A DNA stretch of 64,000 bases from an uncultured delta proteobacterium (GTDB taxonomy: Bacteria > Myxococcota_A > Polyangia > Fen-1088). Location of the stretch: the NCBI GenBank assembly GCA_963796685.1, contig CAWCMR010000021.1, forward strand, positions 1 to 64,000, written 5' to 3'. The translations under genes and the position numbers were made by a program. The notes beneath the pieces were generated by a model that ran no database searches, was not told the DNA's origin, and worked only from the letters and a program-made list of their open reading frames with translations. Shown here piece after piece: positions 1 through 10,933 of this stretch (its first letter is position 1; each line of letters starts with the position of its first letter).

Positions 1-480
1 ACACGCACCAGGATTCATGGTTGAGGTTGTTGAGCTGGAGCGTGCCGGTGAATTCGAGGCCCTTGAGGTGGAGCCAACTGGCGGTGACGCGCACCCCGGT
101 CTGGCGGCAGTTGTACTTGCTGGTGTCGCTGATGCCGGAAAAGTCGAAGACCGGCCTTTCGCCGGGGTAGGCCCAGTACTTGATTGGATTGCCCGACGTG
201 CCGCTCTTGCTGAGGATCACCGCATTAACCGTCGCCGAGGTGCTGGAGCAAGTCGAGGTGGCATCGGTGAACGCGTATCGGCCGCCGCGGAAATAGACGG
301 TGTCGCCCGGTGACGCGGCGGTTTGCGCGCTGATCCCGAGGTGGCGAACGGGGCGCTCTCGCTGCCCGCGGCGGTATCGCTGCCGTCCGTGGCCACATAG
401 TAGGACGCGGCGTGCGCCAAAAGCGGCACAAACAAGATCGCGATGGCCAGTCCGGCCTTTGACAACTTTCGTCCAGCCAT
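1..480 (-). CDS. Secreted right-handed beta-helix protein, PL9 pectate lyase-like; frameshift near 330, runs off window start
   Basis: Signal peptide then YYVATDGSD..GSESAPFAT; another frame continues AQTAASPGDTVYFRGGRY...SGTSGNPIKYWAYPGERPVFDFS, typical of PL9/DUF4990 N-termini. Confidence 0.7.
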
Positions 481-669
481 GTCAGATTCCTTTGCGTGCT
501 TCGAGGCGCCTACGATCGAGCCACCATTGTACTCGGATCACGGTCGCGGCGAGATGATGACGCGGGACGCTCGCCACATGTAGCACCATGGTTAGTGACG
601 TCAGCGGGCCAAGCGGCTCAGACCGCTGGCCATGGGTCGAGCCTCCGCCTCCAGGGTGAGCCGGGGGAC

Positions 670-2253
670 ATGCCCGGGTCACTGCCCCAACTGATGATTC
701 ACCCAGCTCGGAACCAAGATTTGCCCCGTGCAACTCTCTCCAGACGCGAATCCCAGCCAGCGTGCAGCATTCTGTTCGCAGCGGTCGCCTTGATGACCCT
801 CACCGCTGGATGTGGGGCCACGGGTGGCGGAAGCACGCCAAGAGGATCGAGCGGCGCGGGCGGCGGAACTGCCACCGGTGGGACGGCCGGCACAGGCGGC
901 GCTGCGGGCGGTTCGAGTGGCGCGGGCGCCACGGGTGGCAAATCGGGAACCGGGGGCACCACGGCGACAGGTGGTATGTCCGCGGCCGGCGGCACGGCCA
1001 CAACGGGCGGAACCATCGGGAATGGCGGTGCGCCGACGGGCGGTGGAATCGGCAGCGGCGGCGCCCCCGCGACGGGCGGAGCGGGAGGAAGTCCGCCCGA
1101 TGCGGGTGGACGCGACGCGATTCCCGCGACAGGTGGGTCGGATGGCGGCGCTCCGAAGGACGCTGCCCCGGATGGACCTCGTGCCGACGTGGCGATCGCC
1201 GATAGCGCGAAGCCGGCGGATACCCTGGATGGGGCCACGGTCTCCCCAAGCGACAGTGCCGCTCCGGTCGGTCCAGAGCCGACCGCCACGGCGCGGGCCA
1301 TTTGCACCACGGACGCCGCAACCGGGGAGATCTCATGCCACTTCGGGGGCTCGCCCGGGAACTACGACGTCACCTTCGTGCTCGGTGGCGCAAGCGCAGC
1401 CAAGACCGAAGTGCAAACTGAAACCCTGCGCGAAGTTTTGGCCGAAGTCGACACCGCCGCGGGCCAGACCTCGCGCTACGCCTTCACCATCAACGTCCGG
1501 CAGCCCGAGGGTCAGCCCATTCAGGCGGTATCGTCCGGAACCCCGGGATTAGACATGTACTTCCTCGGCCCGGCGCCGCTACTGGATGCCATCGGTTATG
1601 CGCCGGCCACCAACCCGATGGTTCTGTACATCGCCGGGGATTCCACCGTGTGCGATCAAACCGATCCCGAGTACGCCGGTTGGGGGCAGCTCTTACCTCC
1701 CTACTTCAATCTCGGGCTCTCGGTCGCCAACTATGCCGACTCGGGGGAAAGCTCTGCCAGCTTCCTGGGTAGTGGAAGTCTGTGGGGGGCCATCAAGACC
1801 GCGATGAAGGCGGGCGACTACGTGCTCGTCCAGTTCGGCCACAACGACAAGACCATCTCGGCGGCCGACTTCAAAACCAACATCACCGCGTACGTTACCC
1901 AGACCAAGGCCAAAAACGCCTTCCCCATCTTGGTCACCCCCATCGCCCGCGCCACGTTCAGCGGCAACACGGTCACTGCCCAGCACCAACACACGGATGC
2001 CGCGGGCAATCTCGTCGATCTGCCCGCCATCATCCGGGAGGTGGGCCTAGAGCAGAATGTGCCCGTCATCGATCTCACCGCGACGACGACCGCATGGCTG
2101 ACCCAAGTGGGCCCCAATGGCTGGCAGGCCTATCACGCGCTCGGCACGGACGCGACCCATACCAACCGGGCGGGCGCGGCGGTCAACGCCGGATTCGTGC
2201 GCGACGCCATCGTCAGCCTAGGTATCACGCCGCTGAAGAGCTTTCTGCGCTGA
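670..2253 (+). CDS. Lipoprotein SGNH hydrolase, rhamnogalacturonan acetylesterase (CE12)-like; start uncertain
   Basis: Lipobox LTAGC, Gly/Thr linker, SGNH blocks AGDSTV, GWGQ, VQFGHND, DATHTN. Confidence 0.8.
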   Translation: MPGSLPQLMIHPARNQDLPRATLSRRESQPACSILFAAVALMTLTAGCGATGGGSTPRGSSGAGGGTATGGTAGTGGAAGGSSGAGATGGKSGTGGTTATGGMSAAGGTATTGGTIGNGGAPTGGGIGSGGAPATGGAGGSPPDAGGRDAIPATGGSDGGAPKDAAPDGPRADVAIADSAKPADTLDGATVSPSDSAAPVGPEPTATARAICTTDAATGEISCHFGGSPGNYDVTFVLGGASAAKTEVQTETLREVLAEVDTAAGQTSRYAFTINVRQPEGQPIQAVSSGTPGLDMYFLGPAPLLDAIGYAPATNPMVLYIAGDSTVCDQTDPEYAGWGQLLPPYFNLGLSVANYADSGESSASFLGSGSLWGAIKTAMKAGDYVLVQFGHNDKTISAADFKTNITAYVTQTKAKNAFPILVTPIARATFSGNTVTAQHQHTDAAGNLVDLPAIIREVGLEQNVPVIDLTATTTAWLTQVGPNGWQAYHALGTDATHTNRAGAAVNAGFVRDAIVSLGITPLKSFLR

Positions 2254-2268
2254 CCATCGGGCGGTCGG

Positions 2269-4200
2269 CTAATTCTGCGACAGCACGAAGTCGTCGACGG
2301 TCACGGTTTGCCCGGAGGTCGTGATGCCGACCTGGCAGGTGCCGTTGCTGACCGCGATGCCTGGGATGGTTAGGTTCGTCCAAGCGGTCGAAGCCGCGAT
2401 CGCCGCGGTCTTGTCCGTACCGCCGAACCCCTTCGCGTAAAGCTGGCCCCCCGCCCCGCTGCCCTTCACCCAGGCCGAAAGCGTGTACGTCCCGTTGGGC
2501 AAGGTGATGGGCTGATCCAGGCTGGCCGTGCCGGTGAGTTGCCAGGACCAGTTCCCGGTGTGTCCCCCGGAGACGTTGCTGCCGTTGCTGGTCTTCCAGC
2601 CGGCCGGCTGGGTCACCGCCACGCGGTCCGCCTCGAAGGTCGGATTGAGGACGTAGTTGTTTCCGGGAGCGGCGCTCCACGTTCCCGTAACCGCGTCTAG
2701 GGACCACTGGCTCAAAGATTGGAAATGCGGGGTCGTGCCCGTGAACGTGAGCGGCATCCACTGGTTGTAGCCGAGGCCGTTGCCGGCGAAGTCGCTCCAG
2801 CGATCGCCGGCAAAGATGATGGTGGTCTGCGCGGTGCCCTTGACGGCGATGAAGAATCCGGTCTGGGTCACGTGGCTGAAGTCTGCACCGGTGCCATCGA
2901 GCACGAGCTTGGCCGACCACGGGCCCTTCAAGCTGGTGGCCGACACGCAGTAGCTCGGCGAGGCGTTCCAACCGTGCAGATCCGAGGAGCAAAAGACGTA
3001 TGTGCCGTTGTATTTGAACATGCAATTGCCCTCGCGGCCACCGCCGCTGTAGACGAGAACCGCTGTTTCCGCCGCCAGAAAGTCCGCCGCGCGCAGCGGA
3101 GAAACGTAGCGGTTGGCTCGACCACTGCTGCTGGAGCTGACCAGGTACGCCTTGCCGTCGTCGTCCTGGAACGTGGTCTGGTCGCCGGTGGAGCCGTTGA
3201 CGATACCCGGCAGATCGGTCTGGACATTGTCGAACGTGAAATTGCCGGTCGGCGTGTCGCTGGTGGCGAAAAAGAGTCCGCCAGCCCCTTGCGCGACCAT
3301 CACGTACTTCTTCGAGGTTGCATTGTAGACGACGCCCAGGCGGCCGAACCAGGAACCGGCGTTGCTGAAGTTGACGGTGTTTTCCAGCTTCCAGGTGGCC
3401 AGATCCTTCGAAGAGTAGATCGTGACGCCGGCGAACGACGTGTCGCTGTTCTGCTTGGTCGGAGTGGCGGCGTAGGTCACCGCACCCTGGTATTTCACGC
3501 CATACCAATAGAACGTGTCGCCCACCTGCAGAACCCCGCCTCCCTGCGAGTAAATCGGCGTCCCCGAGGTGTCTTTCCAGAAGCGGTCGTTGACGATAAG
3601 CGCCCCGGTGGAGGCCGTGCCACCCGTGCCACCCGTGGTGGCCGCGTCGGGCCCGGTGGTGCCGCCGGTTGCACCCGCGTCACGAGCCGTGGACGTGCCA
3701 CCTCCCGTGGCCGCGCCACCTGTTCCTGCGCCACTTTGACCGCCGGTGGCCTTCCCGGCTTGGCCGCCAGTTGCGCTTCCGCCGCTGCCCAAGGTGGTCT
3801 GACCACCCGTCCCGGCGCCACCGCTGCCCAGCGCGGCTTGGCCGCCGCTCCCGCGACCACCACTGCCCAGCGCGGTTTGGCCGCCTGCGGCTCCGCCACC
3901 GCCGGCGAGCGTCTGCCCGCCCGCCCCCCTCCCACCCGTAGCGGGAACCGAGCTTCCGCCCGAACCGGGTCCTCCTTGTCCACCTTGACCACCCATGCCG
4001 CCCAAAGATCCTCCGACGCCCACGACACCGCCGCTGGCCGTCGCACCTCCTGTGGCGTGATCCCCTCCGCCGCCAGAACTGCACCCATAGGCCAAGCCCG
4101 CCACCGCAACCAGGGCGAAGAAATGGCCATGAAAGCTCGGACTGCGACGTTGCGAGAACAGGCCGCGGGTCACCGTCAGGTCGCCATCGAGGAACGTCAT
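2269..4200 (-). CDS. Lipoprotein GH43 glycoside hydrolase (GH43_24-like) with C-terminal CBM-like domain; start uncertain
   Basis: Lipobox AYGC, Gly-rich linker, IYSQGGG...YWYG, GDQTTFQDDDGKAYL, REG, GDRWS motifs; C-terminal NPTFEAD beta-sandwich. Confidence 0.8.
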   Translation of the reverse strand: MTFLDGDLTVTRGLFSQRRSPSFHGHFFALVAVAGLAYGCSSGGGGDHATGGATASGGVVGVGGSLGGMGGQGGQGGPGSGGSSVPATGGRGAGGQTLAGGGGAAGGQTALGSGGRGSGGQAALGSGGAGTGGQTTLGSGGSATGGQAGKATGGQSGAGTGGAATGGGTSTARDAGATGGTTGPDAATTGGTGGTASTGALIVNDRFWKDTSGTPIYSQGGGVLQVGDTFYWYGVKYQGAVTYAATPTKQNSDTSFAGVTIYSSKDLATWKLENTVNFSNAGSWFGRLGVVYNATSKKYVMVAQGAGGLFFATSDTPTGNFTFDNVQTDLPGIVNGSTGDQTTFQDDDGKAYLVSSSSSGRANRYVSPLRAADFLAAETAVLVYSGGGREGNCMFKYNGTYVFCSSDLHGWNASPSYCVSATSLKGPWSAKLVLDGTGADFSHVTQTGFFIAVKGTAQTTIIFAGDRWSDFAGNGLGYNQWMPLTFTGTTPHFQSLSQWSLDAVTGTWSAAPGNNYVLNPTFEADRVAVTQPAGWKTSNGSNVSGGHTGNWSWQLTGTASLDQPITLPNGTYTLSAWVKGSGAGGQLYAKGFGGTDKTAAIAASTAWTNLTIPGIAVSNGTCQVGITTSGQTVTVDDFVLSQN

Positions 4201-4278
4201 AACCACAAGCAGTGGCAGAGCCCGTGACAATGGGCCATCCTTTTCTGCGCTCGGGTATTCTGACATACCCGGGGTGCC

Positions 4279-4722
4279 ATGAGCGACCAGCGCATCCCCT
4301 ACACGCCGAACATGAATCCAGCCGAGATCGCGGGGCCCAGCCGCGAAATCTACGCGCGCATGGGCCGCGAAAACCTCTACCGGATGTTCGCAGAATTCTA
4401 TCGCGAGCTGGGAGCGTCCCCGATACGCTCGCTGTTCCCCGAGGATCTCGTGGCCAGCTCACGCAAGTCCGCGGCGTTCTTCGCTCAGCTCACGGGCGGG
4501 CCGCAGGAGTACTCCGAGCGCTATGGACCGCCACGCATGCGCGCACGCCACCTCGCCTTTCGAATCACGCCGCAGGCGCGCGCCGAGTGGCTGGCATGCT
4601 TCGAGAGGATCTTGACGCGCGCCGTGGACGACTTCGCCTTTCCCGCCGAGCACCTCGCTGGCTTCCGCCAGTTCTTGCAGAAGTTCTCGCTGTGGATGGT
4701 GAACGCGACCGATGACGCATAG
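4279..4722 (+). CDS. Truncated hemoglobin (2/2 globin, group II-like)
   Basis: IYARMG..FY, FFAQLTGGPQEYSERYGPPRMRARHLAFRIT...WL.CF, C-terminal MVN. Confidence 0.85.
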   Translation: MSDQRIPYTPNMNPAEIAGPSREIYARMGRENLYRMFAEFYRELGASPIRSLFPEDLVASSRKSAAFFAQLTGGPQEYSERYGPPRMRARHLAFRITPQARAEWLACFERILTRAVDDFAFPAEHLAGFRQFLQKFSLWMVNATDDA

Positions 4723-4741
4723 ACCGCGTCGCGGTCGCGTT

Positions 4742-5614
4742 TCAGTTGACCGTCAGTCCAAGGAAGCAGAAATCGAAGGGGGTGGCGCTGACGTTGTTGC
4801 CCGGCACGTCAAGGCTCACCGACCGAATGGCCGTGCCCGAGGTGAAGGCGCTGCCCTGGCCGTCCCAGCACTGCGTGTTGAGACTCGAAAATGGAATCGT
4901 CGTCGTGGTTGGCGTAGACGATGGCGGAAGGATGTAACACCAGTAGTCGCTGCCATCGTAGAGCTGAAACTCCAGTTCCGAGCCACCAGGGTTGGCGTAG
5001 CTGATCGAGAGCGTGCTGCCCGTGAGCACGAGTGCCGAAGAGGAGCCACTCGCTCCCGATGGGTCCTGGTTCACGCTGAAACCCGCGTTGGCCCAGGACT
5101 GGTAAGTGCTGTTGGCGGCAACCGTCCCGGAGGCACAGAACTCCTGCGCTGCATAGGTCAAGGCAATCGAGGATCCGGAGCCGGCCGTCGCGGACGAGAT
5201 GAATCCGGCCAGCACCACGGTGCCGGCCGACACGGTCACGTAGCCGCTGTCACTGACGACGGGGGGTGCGGCCAAGCTGGCTCCACCCGTGCCGGCACCT
5301 CCCATGGCCAAGCCGCCGTCGAGCCCAGGGAAAGCGACGGTCGAGCTGCCCCCCGTATTGGCAGGCATGGTGTTGACGCCGGTGGCGCCGCCCGCACCGA
5401 TGGAGCCGCCCGCGCCGATCTTGCCGCCTACGCCGAGGATCCCACCCGCGGCGCTGATGGTCTGGCCGCCGCCTTCGCCGCCGCTCGCGACCGCCGCGGC
5501 ATCCTGGGTGGCCCGCAGACCCGAGTGCGACGAGTCGCAGCCTATGCCGGCAATACCCCATGCGAATGGCAGCGCCATCACGATCGATAGCTTTCCCAAG
5601 CGATTGTCAGTCAT
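4742..5614 (-). CDS. Secreted lipoprotein with Gly-rich linker and possible carbohydrate-binding beta-sandwich
   Basis: Lipobox GIGC, Gly-rich linker, C-terminal domain with IPFSSLNTQCWDG and FDFC; AGGA/GGAG-type RBS upstream. Confidence 0.6.
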   Translation of the reverse strand: MTDNRLGKLSIVMALPFAWGIAGIGCDSSHSGLRATQDAAAVASGGEGGGQTISAAGGILGVGGKIGAGGSIGAGGATGVNTMPANTGGSSTVAFPGLDGGLAMGGAGTGGASLAAPPVVSDSGYVTVSAGTVVLAGFISSATAGSGSSIALTYAAQEFCASGTVAANSTYQSWANAGFSVNQDPSGASGSSSALVLTGSTLSISYANPGGSELEFQLYDGSDYWCYILPPSSTPTTTTIPFSSLNTQCWDGQGSAFTSGTAIRSVSLDVPGNNVSATPFDFCFLGLTVN

Positions 5615-5698
5615 GAATTCCTCCTTGGAAAGCTAGGAGTCGCCAGCCGGCCGGGAAGGGTCAAAGGGTGAACGCTCTGCCATCGTCTCGGTGCCAGC

Positions 5699-7597
5699 TC
5701 ATAGCCCGAGGTCGCGTAGGGATATGCGCGGTAGGTACTCGCCGATGCGTTCGCGTTTCCACCACGCGCCGGACACGCGCCGTTCGGCAGGCGCGGTGAA
5801 GTCGTAGTCGTAAAGCTCGGCGCGGATGAACCGCGGTGGATGTTCGGGAAACGGGTTCTTGGCAAGCAAGGCCGTCACCTCGGGCGAACCTTGCAGAAGG
5901 CGGGCGCAGAAGCTGACGAACCAGCGCTGGCCACGAACGCTGCCCAAGGCCGCGAACCACATCTGCCAGTCGAGTCGTGGCTGGTGGGGCGCCACGAAAC
6001 GAGGCCGCCTGGTCACCTCGCCGGGCTTGTAGGGAAACTCGTAGGGGACAAAGGTGACGCCGTCGTTGCTGCCCTCGACGACGATCTCGCGCCGCTCGGT
6101 GGTCATCACGGCAAACAGGCCGTAGCCGCTGATGGTCCGCAACGGGTCGAGCCACGCGTCCACGCTTTCGAGGGGCGGCCAGGCAAGACGGGCGCCGGTG
6201 CTGTGGACGACCTGAGAGAAGGAAAGCGGCACGAAGACCATGGCCATGGCAAGAGTCAGCGCGCGATGCCAGCCACGCCAGCGCGGGCTCGTATTGTCGG
6301 CCTGCACCGACGACCAGGCCAAGAACCGGCGCGGCAGGATCCCGCGAAACGTGACATCGTCGACGAGCCACAGGCAAAGGGCCAGCGTCAGCCAATTGAA
6401 GAAGGTGTAATTCCCGGTGAGCAGAATCAGGACCTGAAGGAAGGCCACCAGCGCACCGCCAAGCAACCGTGGTCGGCGCGGCAGGAAGATGAGGACGGGC
6501 GCCCCAAGCTCGATGGCGAACATCAAGGCGCACGAGGTCTTGTGAAACCACATCGGGCACTGGTTGGCGTACCAGGCGAGCCAAGTGGGCAAGGGTTGGG
6601 TCTGGTAGTGGAACGAAAGCGCGGTCAGGTTGCGCCAACTCGGGTCGTGGCTGGCGAGTTTCACGCAGCCGGAAGAGAACATCAGCTTGAACAGCAAGAG
6701 CCGTGGCAGCCAGACGGCCAACCGCGATGGTGCCGCGGCCCGCGGCGGGCGTGGCCATAATCGCAGGGGCGCGACGACGATGGCCAGAAACCCGCTTTCG
6801 AGCAGCAGATTGTCCCATTGATAGCCGAGGAATTCGCGCCCCACCGTCGCCAACGAGAGGTAGAGCAGCCACAGCGGAATCAGGCAAAGGATCGGAGCGA
6901 GGTCGAGCAGCAGGGCGACGGCCAACGCCGCGCCTGCCGCGCACTGAAGGTGGAGAAAGGAATCCGACGACGACAGCCAACAAAGGGTCGGCACCAGGTG
7001 AAAACGGTCCCAGCCGATCCCGCTTGCCGCGTATTCCCGCCCCAAGGCCGACATCAATCGGTCGACAGGCAGGATGCCACCGTGCCCGATGAGCCCGTCG
7101 ATCTGACTCCACAGCGATAGAAAGGCGACAAGGTAGATCGCGCCGAGGGCTCGCAGGAAGAACCATTGCGCGAAAGCGTGCGTGGTGCGCTCGGTATGGC
7201 GGCCCCATAGCCAGTGGGTCAGCCGCGAAAAGAAGTCCCGGTGGTCGGCGACCAAGCGATAGGCGAGCTCGGTCGTTCTGGCGAAGACCGGCGAGGATCG
7301 GTAGGCGCGCAGTGCCCAACCTCGGCCGGGGGCGTGGGCTAGCGCACGAAACACCGCCTCGGCCGCCGAATACACGCAGCCGTCACTTTCGATCAAGTGC
7401 ACGGCGATGTCGTACCGTTCGCGCGGGATCTCTGGAAATCGCGATTGCAGGTCCGGCACCTGCGCGGGCAGATAGTCCACGGCCGTACCGGTCATCTGCT
7501 CCCAGCGGCCGATCCACAGGGAACAGAATCCGCAGTCGCCGTCGAAGATCATCAAGGGCTTGGCGGGCGGCTGGGCAACCCGGGCGCCGGGTGACAT
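5699..7597 (-). CDS. DCC1-like thiol-disulfide oxidoreductase (DUF393) fused to lipase maturation factor (LMF1) family membrane protein
   Basis: N-terminal IFDGDCGFC; LMF motifs FLGYQWDNLLLESGFL, HYQTQPLP, TGNYTFFN, APHQPRLDWQMWFAAL. Confidence 0.85.
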   Translation of the reverse strand: MSPGARVAQPPAKPLMIFDGDCGFCSLWIGRWEQMTGTAVDYLPAQVPDLQSRFPEIPRERYDIAVHLIESDGCVYSAAEAVFRALAHAPGRGWALRAYRSSPVFARTTELAYRLVADHRDFFSRLTHWLWGRHTERTTHAFAQWFFLRALGAIYLVAFLSLWSQIDGLIGHGGILPVDRLMSALGREYAASGIGWDRFHLVPTLCWLSSSDSFLHLQCAAGAALAVALLLDLAPILCLIPLWLLYLSLATVGREFLGYQWDNLLLESGFLAIVVAPLRLWPRPPRAAAPSRLAVWLPRLLLFKLMFSSGCVKLASHDPSWRNLTALSFHYQTQPLPTWLAWYANQCPMWFHKTSCALMFAIELGAPVLIFLPRRPRLLGGALVAFLQVLILLTGNYTFFNWLTLALCLWLVDDVTFRGILPRRFLAWSSVQADNTSPRWRGWHRALTLAMAMVFVPLSFSQVVHSTGARLAWPPLESVDAWLDPLRTISGYGLFAVMTTERREIVVEGSNDGVTFVPYEFPYKPGEVTRRPRFVAPHQPRLDWQMWFAALGSVRGQRWFVSFCARLLQGSPEVTALLAKNPFPEHPPRFIRAELYDYDFTAPAERRVSGAWWKRERIGEYLPRISLRDLGL

Positions 7598-7668
7598 CGT
7601 GCAGGTTTAACCAGCGAAGAGCGGGGCCGCAACTGCGCAGCCGGTCAGCGTCGCGAACAACGTCGTCT

Positions 7669-8784
7669 TTAGAGAATCTCTCGGATGCTCATGGGGCGTT
7701 TGTGTTGTCGGGCAAAGCGATGAGCACGCCCAAGCATGGCAGCAAGATCGAACCCGGTCACGTCGATGCCCGCGTTCGCGAAGGCCGCTCGCAGCGTGGC
7801 TTTGCTGGCGTGCTTGCCAAGCACGAATTCGCTGCCCGGCTGGCCCACCGCGCTTGGCTCGAATGGCTGATAGGCCAGGCGATTCTTCTCGAGGCCAGCG
7901 CAGTGAATCCCGGACTCGTGGCGAAATGCCGAGGCACCGAGGACCGGCTTGCCGGGCGGAATGTCGCGCCTGGCTGCGGCCATGACCAACTGGCCAAGCG
8001 GTGCGAGCATCGCCGTGGACACTCCACTTCTTCGCGGCGAAAGCCTATCGAGGGCCATCACCACCTCTTCGAGGGCAGCGTTGCCGGCGCGCTCGCCCAG
8101 ACCGGCCACCGTCACATCCACGGATGCCGCACCTGCCTCGATGGCGCACACGGCGTTCGCGGTCGCCATGCCGAAGTCGTTGTGGCCATGAAACCCGATG
8201 TCCATCGATCCGGCCCAGGCCACGCACCTGGCAATCAGGTCTTGGGTTCGGTTGGGGGTCAGGACACCCACCGTGTCCGCCAGCCGTACGCGATCTACGC
8301 CGCAACTCTTGGCCGTGGTCACGAATCTCTCGACAAAACCCAGCGACGCACGACTGGCGTCTTGTGCGCCGACGGATACGAACGGAAAAGATCCGCGTGC
8401 CCATTCGACGAGGGTCTGCAGGTCGGCAAGAACCCGCGCTTCGTCCTTGTCAAAGCACGCCATCAAGATGGGGGACACCGGAAACGACAGGTGCACCGCC
8501 GATAGCTCGCACTGCGCCGCAGCCTCGATATCGGCGCGGCGAGCGCGACACCAGGCCGTCAAGCGAACGCGCCCATCGAGCTCCAACAACGCTCGGATGT
8601 CCTCGATCTCCTCCTTCCCCATGGCCGGCGTTCCCACTTCCAGCTCTGGCACGCCGGCCTTCACCAAGGCCCGCGCGATGGCCAGTTTCTCCGAGCGCGA
8701 GAAGACCACACCAGGGGCTTGCTCGCCGTCGCGCAGGGTGGTGTCCACCAACCAGACGTCGCGACCGGCTGACGAGGCTTTCAT
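7669..8784 (-). CDS. nifV: Homocitrate synthase
   Basis: [39 protein letters not shown]; its ATG overlaps the nifB stop (ATGA). Confidence 0.9.
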   Translation of the reverse strand: MKASSAGRDVWLVDTTLRDGEQAPGVVFSRSEKLAIARALVKAGVPELEVGTPAMGKEEIEDIRALLELDGRVRLTAWCRARRADIEAAAQCELSAVHLSFPVSPILMACFDKDEARVLADLQTLVEWARGSFPFVSVGAQDASRASLGFVERFVTTAKSCGVDRVRLADTVGVLTPNRTQDLIARCVAWAGSMDIGFHGHNDFGMATANAVCAIEAGAASVDVTVAGLGERAGNAALEEVVMALDRLSPRRSGVSTAMLAPLGQLVMAAARRDIPPGKPVLGASAFRHESGIHCAGLEKNRLAYQPFEPSAVGQPGSEFVLGKHASKATLRAAFANAGIDVTGFDLAAMLGRAHRFARQHKRPMSIREIL

Positions 8785-10086
8785 CCGCAGCCCCCACCCC
8801 CGCCGGTGCAGCCAAGCCCGCAGCCCTTGAAGGCCCTGCGCAGGGAAGCCGGGATCGGCGTGCCGCCATACACGGCCGAAAGCCCTTCCTCGATGAGGCC
8901 CTCCATCTCGATGACTTCCAGGCCGCGCCCGGTGAGCACACGTCGGGGAGCCGCACCCACGCCGGTCGTGAGGACCGCCCGGCAGTCGTGCAAAAGATCC
9001 GCGAGGTCGAGCCAGCGTTTGATGCCGCTGCCGGAATCGGGAGCCTCGCGAACCTCGACGGGCGCGTAGACGCTGTCTTGCTCGGCGAAGACATGGAAGC
9101 AGGTGGCTTCGCCCACGTGTTGGTTGACCAACATCCCCTCGCGCGAGGCCACCGCGACGTAGGGCCGATCTTTCGACGGCTTGCTGGCAAGGAGAGCAAA
9201 TTCCTTCGGGTCGGGCATGCCCTCGGCGGCCTCCCCGACGAAGCCACAGGCATCGGCCCGGCAACGCGCGCAATGGGACATCTGCGGAAGCTCCTTGCCT
9301 GCGACAAGGCGCGCCCCCGCCATGACAATGGGCGACGGCTCGCCCAGCGGTTCGAACGGCGTGCCCGACACGGGCACCATGGCCATGGTGTTCATGATCT
9401 CGGCGCCAGCGGCTCGCACCTCGGCAGCGACCGCGGCGATCTCGCCGTCGTTGATACCCGGCAGAACGATGGTGTTGACCTTGACCAGGATAGGCGTCTG
9501 CGCCAAGTCGCGCCAGGGCCTCGCGCTGCCTGGCCAAGAGCAATTCGGCCCCCTGCACACCCCGGTGGACGTGGTCGCCCATGCGCACCCAGCGGTAGAT
9601 CTTCGCGCCAACGGCCGGGTTCACGGTGTTGATGGTCAAGGTCACGTGGCTGACTTTCAGTTCGACCAATTCGTCGATGTGCTCGACAAGACCGAGCCCA
9701 TTCGAGGCGACGCAAAGAAGAATATTGGGAAACTCCTCGCGCACGAGCCGAAGCGTCTCCATGGTTTCGACAGGATTGGCGAACGGATCGCCTGGGCCGG
9801 CAATCCCGACCACGGTCAGTTGCGGCATCTTCGCGTACACCGCCTTGAGGTAGGTCACGGCCTGGAAAGGCGACAGAAGCACGCTGGAAACACCGGGGCG
9901 GGTTTCATTGGCACAATCGAAGGAGCGATCGCAATAATTGCACTGCAAATTGCATTTCGGCGCCACCGGCAGGTGGATCCGCGCCGCTTTTCGATACACG
10001 TCCGGGTTGAAGCAGGGATGATTGGCAAGGTCCAATTTGGATTCGAGCGTGTGCAGCGAGCGTCGCCGCCTGGCTGGGTCTGGCAT
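8781..10086 (-). CDS. nifB: FeMo-co biosynthesis radical SAM protein NifB with C-terminal NifX-like domain; frameshift near 9500-9520
   Basis: [30 protein letters not shown] in one frame; [30 protein letters not shown] in the next. Confidence 0.9.
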
Positions 10087-10128
10087 CACGTCACCTCGAC
10101 CGAGAAGCACTGCAAGCCCGAGGCCAGG

Positions 10129-10933
10129 TTACAGCACGGTCTTCACCCGGTAGACGCCGCCAATGACCAGAAACTCGTCCTCGCCCTTCAGAATGCCGCG
10201 GGGAAAAGCTGGCTCCAGAAGAAAACCTTCACCGTCGGCACGCGCACCTCCCACACCGTGGAGCCGAACTCGAAGGCCCGCTCCGAATCGGGCGTGAACG
10301 AGCTCAAGTTGTTGAGCCGGACGATACGCTCGCATGGGGAAACGACTTCCAGCGTCTGGTAGTCGCCAGGATCGTGCGTTCCGCGGAAAAGGGAGAAGCA
10401 ACTTTCCTCGGGATGGCGACGGCCAAGCTCGTACTGGCAGAACGTGTAGACCAGATCGAGCTGCGAGTCGATGGCATTGCTGCCTGCCAGACCCTTCATG
10501 CGGTCGGTGGCAAAGGCGAGCTGTCCCTCGGGATCGTTCGCGGTGACCTTTCCGCGGTGAAACGTGGGGCGCAGCCCGATGCGACTTTCCACCCAGGCTT
10601 TGAGCACAGCCCCTTCGATGGAATTGGAATCCACACCCCAGCCACGCAAATAGCGCACATACGTGTTGCGCAGGCTCCGCCTGGCGCTGAGGGTATGCTC
10701 GCGGTCGAGCTCGTGGAGATGGAACTTCGCGCTGACATGCTCGTTGAACAGGCGGGTGCGCTCGTCGGGATCGTTGACGACGATCGAGGCGCTCGAAGAG
10801 CCGCCGGCTGCTTGCCCGCACGCCTTGGATCTCGAAGCGCTGCGGCCGTTCGTTGAAGGCCAAGCTGCCGATGTACCAAGCCGGCAAGATCGCACAAGTT
10901 CCACGTCAGGGTCCAGCTCTCGCCCATCGGCAC
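10129..10933 (-). CDS. draT: NAD+:dinitrogenase reductase ADP-ribosyltransferase; three apparent frameshifts (~10885, ~10785, ~10200)
   Basis: Pieces in successive frames: NLCDL / PAWYIGSLAFN...QGV / SIEGAVLKAWVESRIGLRPTFH, QLDLVYTFCQYEL, LNNLSSFT / ILKGEDEFLVIGG; adjacent to draG. Confidence 0.85.

Noticed and set aside
830-1100. Gly/Thr-rich repeats (also ~3600-4080 and ~5250-5490) as a repeat array or CRISPR
   Set aside because: Degenerate in-frame coding linkers; no identical repeat-spacer structure.
7669-10110. Apparent 813-aa NifB-NifV fusion ORF
   Set aside because: Caused by the nifB frameshift; the real nifB C-terminus lies in another frame and ends in an ATGA overlap with nifV.
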